A stretch of DNA of 64,000 nt from a virus. Position 1 is the stretch's first letter; each line of letters opens with the position of its first letter. A program made the position numbers and the translations under genes. Where the stretch lies: the IMG/VR virus record IMGVR_UViG_3300044769_000068, positions 36,620 through 100,619 of that record; one strand, 5' to 3'. Below the pieces are notes generated by a model. The model was not told the DNA's origin. It was given only the letters and a program-made list of their open reading frames with translations, and searched no databases. Positions 8,481 through 17,720 of the stretch are shown piece after piece.

Positions 8481-9510
8481 CTAAAACATGCACACTTTCA
8501 AAGTTATAGTTGAAATAGAAGTTTTGAATTTGATTAGTAAAGCCCTTCCCAAATAGCTTTATAGCGCTGTTTGGTCTGATCAAATCTATGAACACCCGCT
8601 GACAGTTGTCTATGTCGTAGGGTAGAATGACTATGTCTGATGATCGCATGTTAACGGTACAAAACATATCGATGCCTTTTGTCATATTTGTTCTAAAATT
8701 GACACCCATACTAGAAGTGCAGGAGCCCTGTGGCGGAACGATGTGAAACCTTCTAGACGTTAGTGGGTCTTCTCCATGGAATTTGATTTCGCTTTCTATC
8801 TTATAGAAGAGACTCGCAAACAAATAGCTATAGAAAGACTTGTAATTGTTGACGTCCATTTCGTATCGGGCTCTAGTTCCCTTTTCCAGCTTGGCCTTGC
8901 GAACGTAGTTTTCGGACTCTTCACATAGACTAGTATTCGTCATGTGCGAGATAGCGCTTTTGCAATCGGCTATTCTGACATTACGGAGTTCCTTGCCTGG
9001 GTAGCCAATGGATGACCCGAACGTCAAGACTAAACTCATCAAATTACGAACTTTATCGTGTATGTCGTATTTAACTATTTCATCAATCCACGTGGCAGCA
9101 TCGTCTACAAGAGTATCGATCCCTTTCGAGGTTGTATCCATCGGCTTAATGAATTTGATTGCACCCAGTTCGTTCTCTATTGCGTCTTTGTAGGCTCTAT
9201 TGACAGTCCGTATGTCAGATAGCTTATGCTCATCGTCACCCTCTTTATTGTATCTTTTCACGATTTCTTTGTCATCAGCATACAATATGATCATGGCGTT
9301 GTTGCACAAGAAATTTATGAGATCCTGCAACCATACAGCATCGTTGTATTCTTTTTCTCCACGAAGACAATTGTACATCATCCGAGTCATGATGCTTCTA
9401 TCGGACACAAAGTAGCGCTTGCTGTAGGGATACTTGTGTAGAAGGTTCTTTTGGAGGGTCGATTTACCCGTCTTGTCTCCGCCTTCTATGACTATGTTGG
9501 GAGTATACAT
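8443..9510 (-). CDS. dNMP kinase fused to a thymidylate-synthase-fold domain (dNMP hydroxymethylase/methylase-like)
   Basis: N-terminal IEGGDKTGKST and SDRS; C-terminal ELRNV, SRRF, GSCTSS, MRSSDIVILPYD and SVHV. Confidence 0.78.
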   Translation of the reverse strand: MYTPNIVIEGGDKTGKSTLQKNLLHKYPYSKRYFVSDRSIMTRMMYNCLRGEKEYNDAVWLQDLINFLCNNAMIILYADDKEIVKRYNKEGDDEHKLSDIRTVNRAYKDAIENELGAIKFIKPMDTTSKGIDTLVDDAATWIDEIVKYDIHDKVRNLMSLVLTFGSSIGYPGKELRNVRIADCKSAISHMTNTSLCEESENYVRKAKLEKGTRARYEMDVNNYKSFYSYLFASLFYKIESEIKFHGEDPLTSRRFHIVPPQGSCTSSMGVNFRTNMTKGIDMFCTVNMRSSDIVILPYDIDNCQRVFIDLIRPNSAIKLFGKGFTNQIQNFYFNYNFESVHVLDANGFRNDYNYM

Positions 9511-9511
9511 A

Positions 9512-12500
9512 TTACCTCGAGATCTTATCGATTAGTTTAAGTTGTCTCAGCTGATTGTAAGAATTGGAGCGCTGGAGTTTGCCGATATACAAATTGTTCG
9601 TATCCATTATATCAATTTTCTGATCGCCATCTTGTATTTCTTTATCACCCCAGTAGTAAACACGGGACATAGATGAAATTCCATCCGATAGCCCAACAAC
9701 GTAATACGGCTTGCCCTTCTTAGATTTCTTCTTTTCGACAGTAGAGATTCTGAAGACAGCAGCTAATTCACCCTCATTTTCAAGATCGACAACATCTTCA
9801 AGCATCCGCAACTTAAAGTCAGGATATTTCTCTTTGATACGATCTCGTTGGCCTACGAAATAGGTGACTTCTGTAAAACTGACATTCATGAGCTCTATCT
9901 CGTTGGCGATAATATCAGAGAGACTCCAAGACACTGGATCTTCCTTGTATTTTCTAATCTTGACGAATTCGTTATACATGTCTGCCCTAGATACTCCGCC
10001 CGCAATAGAATCCAAAGCTCCCGACTGGATAAGTGCAACGATAACTCTTTTGTTTTTGAGCTGCTTGTGATCCGAGTTAATAAAGTCATTAATTCCGGTG
10101 AAGGGTCTGCGTCGTATAATTTCTGCAGCAGCATCGGGAGTTATTCCTTTCACAAATGTTAGTCCGAATCTGATATTTCCATCTTTATCAATGGAGAATT
10201 CAAAGTCTGATTCGTTGACATCGACTGGTAGAATTTTAACCTTATCTCGTTTGATGAACTTTCCTTCTGATTCATAATAGATCGCACTAGTCTGGATGCG
10301 AGAGATATACTTTGCGATAGTTGATGTCCCATACTTGTCTTCTTTTGATCGAGCAGTGTTATTAAGCAGCGCAGTATAGAACTCTATTCCATAGTGAGCC
10401 TTAAGCCACAATTCGCGGAATGAAGTATACGTATATGAGTCAGAATGACTTTTGTTGAACGCATATCTTGAAAAGGCTCGGATTTGTTCCCAAAGCTCTT
10501 TTGCGACCTCCGCTGGCATCTTCTTGCTTGCGTTAGTAACGAACTTGTGTTCCCACGAGTCAACTCTTTTGAGTCTGGCAGTTTCGTATTTAGTTGACCT
10601 CTCATATTTTACGAGGTCTTTTCTTGACTTGTTGATTTCAATCGGATCAAATTCACCGAGCTCTTTGAAAAGGCGCATGAAGTCTTCTTGATAAACAACA
10701 ATGCCATAAGTGCCTTTGAGATAATCGGCGTAGCTTTCGTGTGTAAGATCACGCCAGTTTCCTGCGGCTTTTCTCTTTGCAAATTCAACGTTCATTCCCA
10801 TGTCCAGAGGTCCCGGGCGGATAATGGCGTTGATGGCTGAAAGATCGTCAAAGCATTCTGGCTTGACATCAAGAATAGTCTTAAGGGCTAGATTAGATTC
10901 AAACTGAAACACTCCAAAGAGATCTCCCTTTCTGGCTAAGGCGTACGCTTCTTTTGAGTCAATATCGATTTTATCCCAGTCAATGTCCACTTTGTGTCGG
11001 CTGTTAATAAGACGCACGGTGTCATTAACAACGGCCAAATTATTAAGTCCAAGTATATCAAACTTAACAAATCCTTGACCAGTAAGTTCATGATAGTCTC
11101 CACCTTCTGTGTTGGCTGTAACGATAAATTCTTTAGATCTGATAAGTGGGATCCAGTCGTAGATTGTGACTCCAGATACTACTACGCCTGCCGCGTGTCT
11201 ACCAGTTGCCTTGATAGAGTTGCGGAGACGCTTAAACAATGTTTCTACATTAGGATTCTGTTCAAAAAACTTCTTAACCTTTGGGAAGTGCGACAACAGA
11301 TAATCATACGGCATGTTGTCTAGTTGTTCTTTCTTTCCTTCGGTTGTGTAGATAGTAAATGGAAGATCTTTTGTTATCTCATTAACTGTCTGGTAGTCGA
11401 GGTTGTAGATTCGTGAGGCGTCTTTAATGCAACCTTTTACCTTGCCAATGTGATAGTTTCCAATCGTGGCTACCTTATCGGCGCCATATTTGTCCACAAG
11501 ATATTGCTTGACCTCGTCACGCACCGCGGGCGAAAAATCGATATCGACGTCTGGAAGGTCTTTTCTGCCTTCATCAAGAAACCGTTCAAACAACAAGCCA
11601 TGTTTAATCGGATCGACATCTGTGATTTCTAGCAAGTAGTTAATAAGAGAACCTGCCGCCGAACCTCTGCCTGCGCCTACTTCATAGCGACCAAATTTCT
11701 GTTTAGTCCACTTGATCATGTCTTCTAGAATGAGGAAGTAGTCTACGAAGCCTAATTTGATAATAATATCATACTCATGTCTGCAACGCTGGCGATATAC
11801 TTCATTTTTGCTGAAGCCTTTGACGACAAGAGCGTCCGCTACTTTCTGATACAAAACTCTTGCGGCGTCTTCATAAAGCTTAGGGATCTTGAGGCTTGTA
11901 TCTAGTTGGAAGCTGTCTACTTTTGAGAAGACTTCATACGATCCGTTTATGGCCGCAGCTACGGCTTCTTTTTCGTCTGCTGGAGGGTTATCTCCGAACC
12001 ATCGTCCTTCTTTCCAGTCCTTTATGATCTGATCGAACGTCTTAAGATAGAGGTCCTTTACAACAAACTCCCACAGCTTTTCGTTTTCATTGTCCGCCTG
12101 ATCCTCTTCTGACACTTCTTCCTCTGATGGTTCTTTTTCCTTTTCTTCTGTGTACGACTTCTTTGTTTGAAGCAACAGAATAGCTTCATGCACCTTCTGG
12201 TCGTTCGGATAGAGGTAGTGAGCGTCCGTTGTTACTATCGGAGTGACTCCCATCTCCTTTGCAATAGCCCAAAGTTTTGGATTCAATCTCCACTGATGAG
12301 AATAGTCCATCGACATCAGTTCGATGTAGAAATTGTCACCAAATTCGTCTTTGTACTTTTTCACGTATGCTCTGGCTTCGTCCATCTTATCATGTTCTAA
12401 TAGACGGTTGAGCTCTCCTCCCGCGCATGCAGTCGAAACTATAATGCCCTCTTTGTTTTCTGACAACAACTTAAAGTCGATAAGAGGGAACCGATAGAAC

Positions 12501-13495
12501 GATTCGATAAATGACAGCGAAGTGATTTTGAATAGGTTCTTAAGCCCTGTGTAGTTCTTGGCGATGAGAAGAATGTGATGTCTAGGATTGCCGTGAATCT
12601 TGCGTTGTTCAACTGCGCCGTCTTCTTTGCTACCAATGAATGGCATGAGAGCAGCTCTATCAGCAATCATGTATGCTTCAGTCCCAAAAATTGGCTTGAT
12701 GCCAACTTTTCTGGCGGCTTCGTATTGCTTAAAGAAAACGGAGATGTTGCCATGGTTGGTAAGCGATACAGCAGGCGATTTGTGTTTGAGAGCCCATATG
12801 ATATGTTCTTCCGCGGTTCCAATTCCATCTCGGATAGAAAATTCATTGTGGACATGCAAGTTTACGAAATTCTTGACTTTGATCTTTTTGATTAATTCTT
12901 TGAGATGCGAAAAGTTGTCGCTGGCACCTACGCCGCCCTTTCTAGCAAAGAACGAAGGATGATAGGCTCTAGCAATTGTGTAGTTCCCATTCTTGACAGG
13001 GCCTGCGTAATGATCGAAGGCCAATCCAAAGATGTTGGAAACTGTTTCGCCTAAACATATGATAAGTTCGGGATCGACTATTTCAAGTTCTCTTACGAAC
13101 TTTTGAGAGATGCAAGTAGGTAAAACCTTTAGATCGATTTTGTTGTCTTCAGTTGAGCACTTCTGAATATTTGTAATGTAAACTGTTTCGAAAGAAAGAC
13201 CTACTTCTGCTAGCATTTCTTTCATCATATCATAATGGTTGCTGTCTTCTGGCCCGAACACGTGATTGCCTCGGCGATTATGTGAAGGATTCATTCCTAC
13301 TAACATAACACGCGCTCGCGGATAGCCGCTGGGCTTAACGAACTCTTTATTACATTCTAATTTGAGAAGTGGGCAGGCTTGGCATTCAACCGACGAAGTG
13401 TCTTCTATTGCGTCAACTATGTCAGCAAAATTTGAATCAATTTCTATTGGTTGTACTGCGTAACTAACTCCCGATATTGCTATTGCTTTCGTCAT
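9512..13495 (-). CDS. dnaE: DNA polymerase III alpha subunit with N-terminal family-4 uracil-DNA-glycosylase-like domain
   Basis: PHP (HVHNEFS..DG, TDAHY), GRGSAAGSL, PDVDIDF, GRHAAGVV, KFDILGL, FNKSHS; N-terminal CQAC..ITNIQKC..C..YHPS. Confidence 0.95.
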   Translation of the reverse strand: MTKAIAISGVSYAVQPIEIDSNFADIVDAIEDTSSVECQACPLLKLECNKEFVKPSGYPRARVMLVGMNPSHNRRGNHVFGPEDSNHYDMMKEMLAEVGLSFETVYITNIQKCSTEDNKIDLKVLPTCISQKFVRELEIVDPELIICLGETVSNIFGLAFDHYAGPVKNGNYTIARAYHPSFFARKGGVGASDNFSHLKELIKKIKVKNFVNLHVHNEFSIRDGIGTAEEHIIWALKHKSPAVSLTNHGNISVFFKQYEAARKVGIKPIFGTEAYMIADRAALMPFIGSKEDGAVEQRKIHGNPRHHILLIAKNYTGLKNLFKITSLSFIESFYRFPLIDFKLLSENKEGIIVSTACAGGELNRLLEHDKMDEARAYVKKYKDEFGDNFYIELMSMDYSHQWRLNPKLWAIAKEMGVTPIVTTDAHYLYPNDQKVHEAILLLQTKKSYTEEKEKEPSEEEVSEEDQADNENEKLWEFVVKDLYLKTFDQIIKDWKEGRWFGDNPPADEKEAVAAAINGSYEVFSKVDSFQLDTSLKIPKLYEDAARVLYQKVADALVVKGFSKNEVYRQRCRHEYDIIIKLGFVDYFLILEDMIKWTKQKFGRYEVGAGRGSAAGSLINYLLEITDVDPIKHGLLFERFLDEGRKDLPDVDIDFSPAVRDEVKQYLVDKYGADKVATIGNYHIGKVKGCIKDASRIYNLDYQTVNEITKDLPFTIYTTEGKKEQLDNMPYDYLLSHFPKVKKFFEQNPNVETLFKRLRNSIKATGRHAAGVVVSGVTIYDWIPLIRSKEFIVTANTEGGDYHELTGQGFVKFDILGLNNLAVVNDTVRLINSRHKVDIDWDKIDIDSKEAYALARKGDLFGVFQFESNLALKTILDVKPECFDDLSAINAIIRPGPLDMGMNVEFAKRKAAGNWRDLTHESYADYLKGTYGIVVYQEDFMRLFKELGEFDPIEINKSRKDLVKYERSTKYETARLKRVDSWEHKFVTNASKKMPAEVAKELWEQIRAFSRYAFNKSHSDSYTYTSFRELWLKAHYGIEFYTALLNNTARSKEDKYGTSTIAKYISRIQTSAIYYESEGKFIKRDKVKILPVDVNESDFEFSIDKDGNIRFGLTFVKGITPDAAAEIIRRRPFTGINDFINSDHKQLKNKRVIVALIQSGALDSIAGGVSRADMYNEFVKIRKYKEDPVSWSLSDIIANEIELMNVSFTEVTYFVGQRDRIKEKYPDFKLRMLEDVVDLENEGELAAVFRISTVEKKKSKKGKPYYVVGLSDGISSMSRVYYWGDKEIQDGDQKIDIMDTNNLYIGKLQRSNSYNQLRQLKLIDKISR

Positions 13496-14504
13496 CTGTA
13501 ATTTCCTTTATGAATGAGATTGCTTCCTGTAGGTTGTCTACGGGCTTGCATTCCTCAACGCTTTGCCATCCGCCATCGATATCATATTTGTTCGTTTCGT
13601 TTCTTACGTAAATGTTGCATACGTTAGGACGTTCAGCGGTATTAATAAGATTATATACATTATCTTCGATAAAGTACACCTCTTTGTTATTGAATCGATC
13701 GAAAAAGTACTTTTTCTCACCGAGGTCTGTGAAATGAATCATGTCTACCCATTGACTCATTCCTCTGTTGAACAACCACTCAACCGTATACATATACAGA
13801 ATAGGGTAAGTTTTGACGGGTCTATTGGTGAGAAGAGATACTATCCCTTTTTTGTGACAAATACGAAGAAGGTCTCTTGCGTTATCTACAGCGGGCAAAA
13901 TCATTTTAAATCCACAAAGTCGATATTCTTCTTTGAGTTCTTTATAGAGGTCTATGTTAGCACTTCTCCACGTGCAAAAGTCTTGAAACGTCTCAAACTT
14001 TCCGATGCCAATTTTATCTCCAAACCACGTTCTATATGCAAGCCCAATATCAGCTAATACGCCATCTATATCGATAATGAAAGTATACTGAGCGCTCTTG
14101 AATTTGTCGCTGTTCATGAAAAGCCGCTGATTGAATTTCTGGTCTATAGTCTTGTTTTTCATGTTTATTTTGCGGACTAACTCATCATAACTGATGTCAA
14201 ATTCGTGACAGACATTGAACGCGTATTTCATAATGTCCACTACAGCGTCAGCCGCTTCTACTTTTTGTAGAAGAAGAGAGTTAGCTTTGTGCTCTTTTGA
14301 AGGGTCCCAATCGAGAGTGTTCATGACATCAGTAACGTTCTTGTTGATGCCGATGCAATAATCCTTTATTCTATCGACATGCGTCTTGTTAGCGTATTCT
14401 ACTTGATTTATTTTGTCGAAGAAAACTTTTTGAAGATCATACAGATTTTTCATTCTTCTTCCCATTAAACTTTCTTGTATAGTTGTGAGCCCAATGGATA
14501 ACAT
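13464..14504 (-). CDS. Dimeric dUTPase/dCTPase-like (all-alpha NTP pyrophosphatase) domain fused to a HAD 5'-nucleotidase-like domain; probable start 14453
   Basis: N-terminal LDW....H, AVVDIMKY, KN..IDQK; C-terminal IDIDGVLAD, LTNRP, FIEDN. Confidence 0.72.
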   Translation of the reverse strand: MLSIGLTTIQESLMGRRMKNLYDLQKVFFDKINQVEYANKTHVDRIKDYCIGINKNVTDVMNTLDWDPSKEHKANSLLLQKVEAADAVVDIMKYAFNVCHEFDISYDELVRKINMKNKTIDQKFNQRLFMNSDKFKSAQYTFIIDIDGVLADIGLAYRTWFGDKIGIGKFETFQDFCTWRSANIDLYKELKEEYRLCGFKMILPAVDNARDLLRICHKKGIVSLLTNRPVKTYPILYMYTVEWLFNRGMSQWVDMIHFTDLGEKKYFFDRFNNKEVYFIEDNVYNLINTAERPNVCNIYVRNETNKYDIDGGWQSVEECKPVDNLQEAISFIKEITDDESNSNIGS

Positions 14505-15393
14505 CCTCAGTCTTTATGGAGTGATTCATTTGAGCATAGCGTCCCACTAACTTTATAGAACCAAGCTCTCTAAGCTTCAAGCTTCTTGATATTTGAGTAG
14601 CTGTTTTGATGCTATCCAATACCCATTCTCCGTAGATAGCAAGAAACGCTTCTGGAGTTTTTGTTTCATACACCCATTTGTCTAGTTCTGGTACATACGT
14701 TTTGCGGTGCCAAGGATCAGTAACACTGTAAATGTAATCGAACTGTCCTCTGCCCTTTTCGTCAACAAGAAAGAAATTCATGAGGTCTGGAGTTGTTGAG
14801 ATCTTAACTGTCACAGAAGTGTTGGACAACATCCCAGTTAAAGCGGGCAAAGGAATAGTTGATATGATATTGTCTCCGTAGAAAACGTCTTTATCCGTTG
14901 TCACTTTTCTATGTGAGATGTTCTTTATGTTAGCTATTATAATATGGTTGCTATCAGATTTTCCTGCTAAATCCAAACAGCGCTTAAGAAGTGATTTGCC
15001 CAATGCTACTTGAGAAACTTCAAACGCTGTGAAACTAGACTTCCCACCGCCGGTTAAATGTGATGATTCTGTTCCATTAGTTCCGTGTGCTTTGAAGGCA
15101 TATTTGTTCTTAAAGTCGTCGGTGGCAAAATTGCGAACGTCGTCGTTAATCTTATAGCCGATGAAGACTTCTCTTGTTTTAGTAGGAAACCCTAACCTAC
15201 GAAGTAAGGCTTCAGTGTCCTTGTTTTGGTGCAGGAATCTAGGGCCAAGTGGAAACTTTGTGTTAGTCTGGCTTGCGATGTTGTTCGTTATCACAAGGTT
15301 TCTGGTTCTAGTTGATTCTGCAAGGTAATGAAAGACTGTTAGTCCGGCAATACCTGATCCAAGGATCACATTGTCGTAGTTAGGGTTGGCCAT
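14437..15393 (-). CDS. FAD-dependent oxidoreductase, UDP-galactopyranose-mutase-like architecture
   Basis: ILGSGIAG dinucleotide-binding motif, LGPRFLH, IISTIPL, C-terminal VGRYAQMNH. Confidence 0.75.
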   Translation of the reverse strand: MANPNYDNVILGSGIAGLTVFHYLAESTRTRNLVITNNIASQTNTKFPLGPRFLHQNKDTEALLRRLGFPTKTREVFIGYKINDDVRNFATDDFKNKYAFKAHGTNGTESSHLTGGGKSSFTAFEVSQVALGKSLLKRCLDLAGKSDSNHIIIANIKNISHRKVTTDKDVFYGDNIISTIPLPALTGMLSNTSVTVKISTTPDLMNFFLVDEKGRGQFDYIYSVTDPWHRKTYVPELDKWVYETKTPEAFLAIYGEWVLDSIKTATQISRSLKLRELGSIKLVGRYAQMNHSIKTEDVIHWAHNYTRKFNGKKNEKSV

Positions 15394-16466
15394 TATTTCC
15401 TCGCATCGAATGCGTTGTCACCAAAGATAGCAAACAACAGGTCGTCCACACTCTGGTAGGCGTTGTTAAGTATGAATTCCTCGTCGAATAGAGCTTTGTC
15501 TTTATTGCTCAATTTATCGTAATCATTTTCTCCGTATTTAATCCACTCTGTAGGTCCTGGCATCTTAAACCCATGCTCTGCAAGCTCTTCATAGCTAGAG
15601 CAGCTCACATTAAATTCTGAATATTGTTCTTTAGTCGGCCATCTGCCACAGCAAGCAAATAGTGAACTAAAGTATTTTGTCATTCCTTCGGGACCTTCGT
15701 GATAGATACATCTCTTTGCACCATCGCATGCAGGCCGCAAATAGTTTGCTAATAGGGGGAATTTCCGTCCCACAAGCTCTCGAAGAGCAATATGGAGAGC
15801 AACTATCGAGCTTTCCTCGCAAGCCATTAGTCTCCGGCTGCACTGGCCCTTCAAGGCGAGATAGTTCTGTGTAAAGACGTATGAGTGATTTACGCTCATC
15901 GGGAGGAAAGCTCTCCCACTCTGCCATGACCCCTGACCAATCGAGATCGCTGATTCGTATAGGTCTTTCGTTGCTCTTATCCATTTTTCTACCTCGTATG
16001 CGAAAGCCGCATCCGTTTCCATTCTTTTGCAAACGTCCGGGTAAAATAGGAAATCTGCATCAAGTTTGTTGTTATCTCTTGTTCCAATAGAGGCGAAGGC
16101 GGTTCCGATTCGGACTCTTGCATGCTGGTCAAAAGTATGTCGTGGTGTCCCATTAACTTCGAAAGTGAATTGGACAGCTTCAGCAGCTTGAGGTAGGGTG
16201 TTTCCTGTGAGGACTGCAAGTACGATGCGATATCTGTTCTCAGGAGTAAGTCGTTCCCATTTTCCAGTTGATCCGGTTTCATTGTCGCCCCACGTCGCTG
16301 CAGCCATCGAAGCGATTGCACGGTACGGATTCTTTGTGCAATCATTCATCGCAACATACAGCGCATCCAGTGAATTTTTCCAACTATATGTCTTCTTGGG
16401 AGCCTGAGATGGCAAGGTTCCCATTGCTTCTCTCATGTTGTCTACTTGATCTTTATAGTCACTCAT
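15393..16466 (-). CDS. Divergent ThyX-family flavoprotein
   Basis: FTFEVNGTPRHTFDQHARVRIGTAFASIGTRD, GRAFLP and SRRL align with the canonical ThyX at 18527; several catalytic positions differ. Confidence 0.75.
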   Translation of the reverse strand: MSDYKDQVDNMREAMGTLPSQAPKKTYSWKNSLDALYVAMNDCTKNPYRAIASMAAATWGDNETGSTGKWERLTPENRYRIVLAVLTGNTLPQAAEAVQFTFEVNGTPRHTFDQHARVRIGTAFASIGTRDNNKLDADFLFYPDVCKRMETDAAFAYEVEKWIRATKDLYESAISIGQGSWQSGRAFLPMSVNHSYVFTQNYLALKGQCSRRLMACEESSIVALHIALRELVGRKFPLLANYLRPACDGAKRCIYHEGPEGMTKYFSSLFACCGRWPTKEQYSEFNVSCSSYEELAEHGFKMPGPTEWIKYGENDYDKLSNKDKALFDEEFILNNAYQSVDDLLFAIFGDNAFDARK

Positions 16467-16821
16467 GCTTAGCTCCTAATCTTGCTGTAATGTATTCTTT
16501 AATTGGTATCCCTGTATTCGGCACTACTTGAACGCATCGGTCATCCCACAGCTCTATCATATCATAATCTTTTGTGGCTGTCACTTCAAGTTTAGGGAGT
16601 CCGTGTTTCGTAAGCCACGCATGAATTTCGGGAATTTGTGAATCGTCAAAGCCCGCTCGGGCAGTGAAGATCTTTACTTTGTTACCATTAGAAAGCCATT
16701 CTTTTACTCTTCGCATCATTTCAGGAATAGGCTTGCCAATTTTGCCATCACCCCAGCCGTGATATTCGGCTAAAGTACCATCAAGGTCTACGCCAATCCA
16801 GGCGATTCTTTCACTACTCAT
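16459..16821 (-). CDS. Small HAD-family phosphatase
   Basis: GVDLDGTLA, IFTAR and LWDDR motifs. Confidence 0.8.
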   Translation of the reverse strand: MSSERIAWIGVDLDGTLAEYHGWGDGKIGKPIPEMMRRVKEWLSNGNKVKIFTARAGFDDSQIPEIHAWLTKHGLPKLEVTATKDYDMIELWDDRCVQVVPNTGIPIKEYITARLGAKHE

Positions 16822-17054
16822 GTAACTTCCCCACGATCTTTATCTTTAAGATATTGATTTGACATTTCTCTGACTACTTTAATAGAAGAGCCCTTTGGTA
16901 CAATAACAGATTTATTGTTTGGAAATAAGCGCTTAAGCGATACGTGTGCGTTGTCCATTTCTTGCATCGTCAAGTCTCTGTCGATTTCTAGTACAACAAT
17001 GTCATTCGGCTCTAGAGAAATGATTTTAGCTTTTTCTACGTTGATATCTCTCAT
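16818..17054 (-). CDS. Hypothetical protein
   Basis: 78 aa ORF overlapping both neighbours by 4 nt. Confidence 0.7.
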   Translation of the reverse strand: MRDINVEKAKIISLEPNDIVVLEIDRDLTMQEMDNAHVSLKRLFPNNKSVIVPKGSSIKVVREMSNQYLKDKDRGEVT

Positions 17055-17707
17055 GTAAGTTCTCCCTGATCAACAATAACTCTAGCGACTTCTTTCTTTG
17101 AAAGATGCGACGTGTCGATAAAGAGGGTGTTCAATCCAAACAACTGAATAAATTCGATGTACTTATTTTCGATAGCTCTTTGTGCTTTCATTCTTTCTTC
17201 TACTGTCTCTGGTTCGGGAACAAAGCCTTTGCTATCTCTGATTCCGAATCCTTTGGCAACGTCCTTTTTAAGACGCTCTATAATTCTATTGCGTAAAACA
17301 TCGTCGTCTTTTACAATCAAAAGAAAGATCTTGTAGGGAAAGTTTGTTTTGAGAGCGCTAACGAATTCATGATAGATTTGTTTTGCATATAGTTCATTAT
17401 ATACCATTTCTGATAAGAAACAGCGATCTAATATGACTTTCTTATCTTTCACTGACATGAGATATTTCATACATGTCATGTGTGAGATTTGATAAACGAC
17501 GTCCCTAGGGATGTGAATCGATGGAATTGCACCTTCGATCTTTGCCCACGTTCCGTTTGTTGGCGGAGGGATATTATATTGGAAAGTGTAATGCTGCGAA
17601 TCGTTAAATCGTGGATGATAAAACGTGATGTAAGACTTCTTTTTCTTTAAGATTTCTAGCGTTGTTGTTTTGCCTACGTAATTTGCGCCTTCGATTATGT
17701 GCAGCAT
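17051..17707 (-). CDS. Thymidylate-kinase-like dNMP kinase
   Basis: IIEGANYVGKTT P-loop; ILDRCFLSEMVY. Confidence 0.82.
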   Translation of the reverse strand: MLHIIEGANYVGKTTTLEILKKKKSYITFYHPRFNDSQHYTFQYNIPPPTNGTWAKIEGAIPSIHIPRDVVYQISHMTCMKYLMSVKDKKVILDRCFLSEMVYNELYAKQIYHEFVSALKTNFPYKIFLLIVKDDDVLRNRIIERLKKDVAKGFGIRDSKGFVPEPETVEERMKAQRAIENKYIEFIQLFGLNTLFIDTSHLSKKEVARVIVDQGELT

Positions 17708-17720
17708 GCTATTCTCCCAT

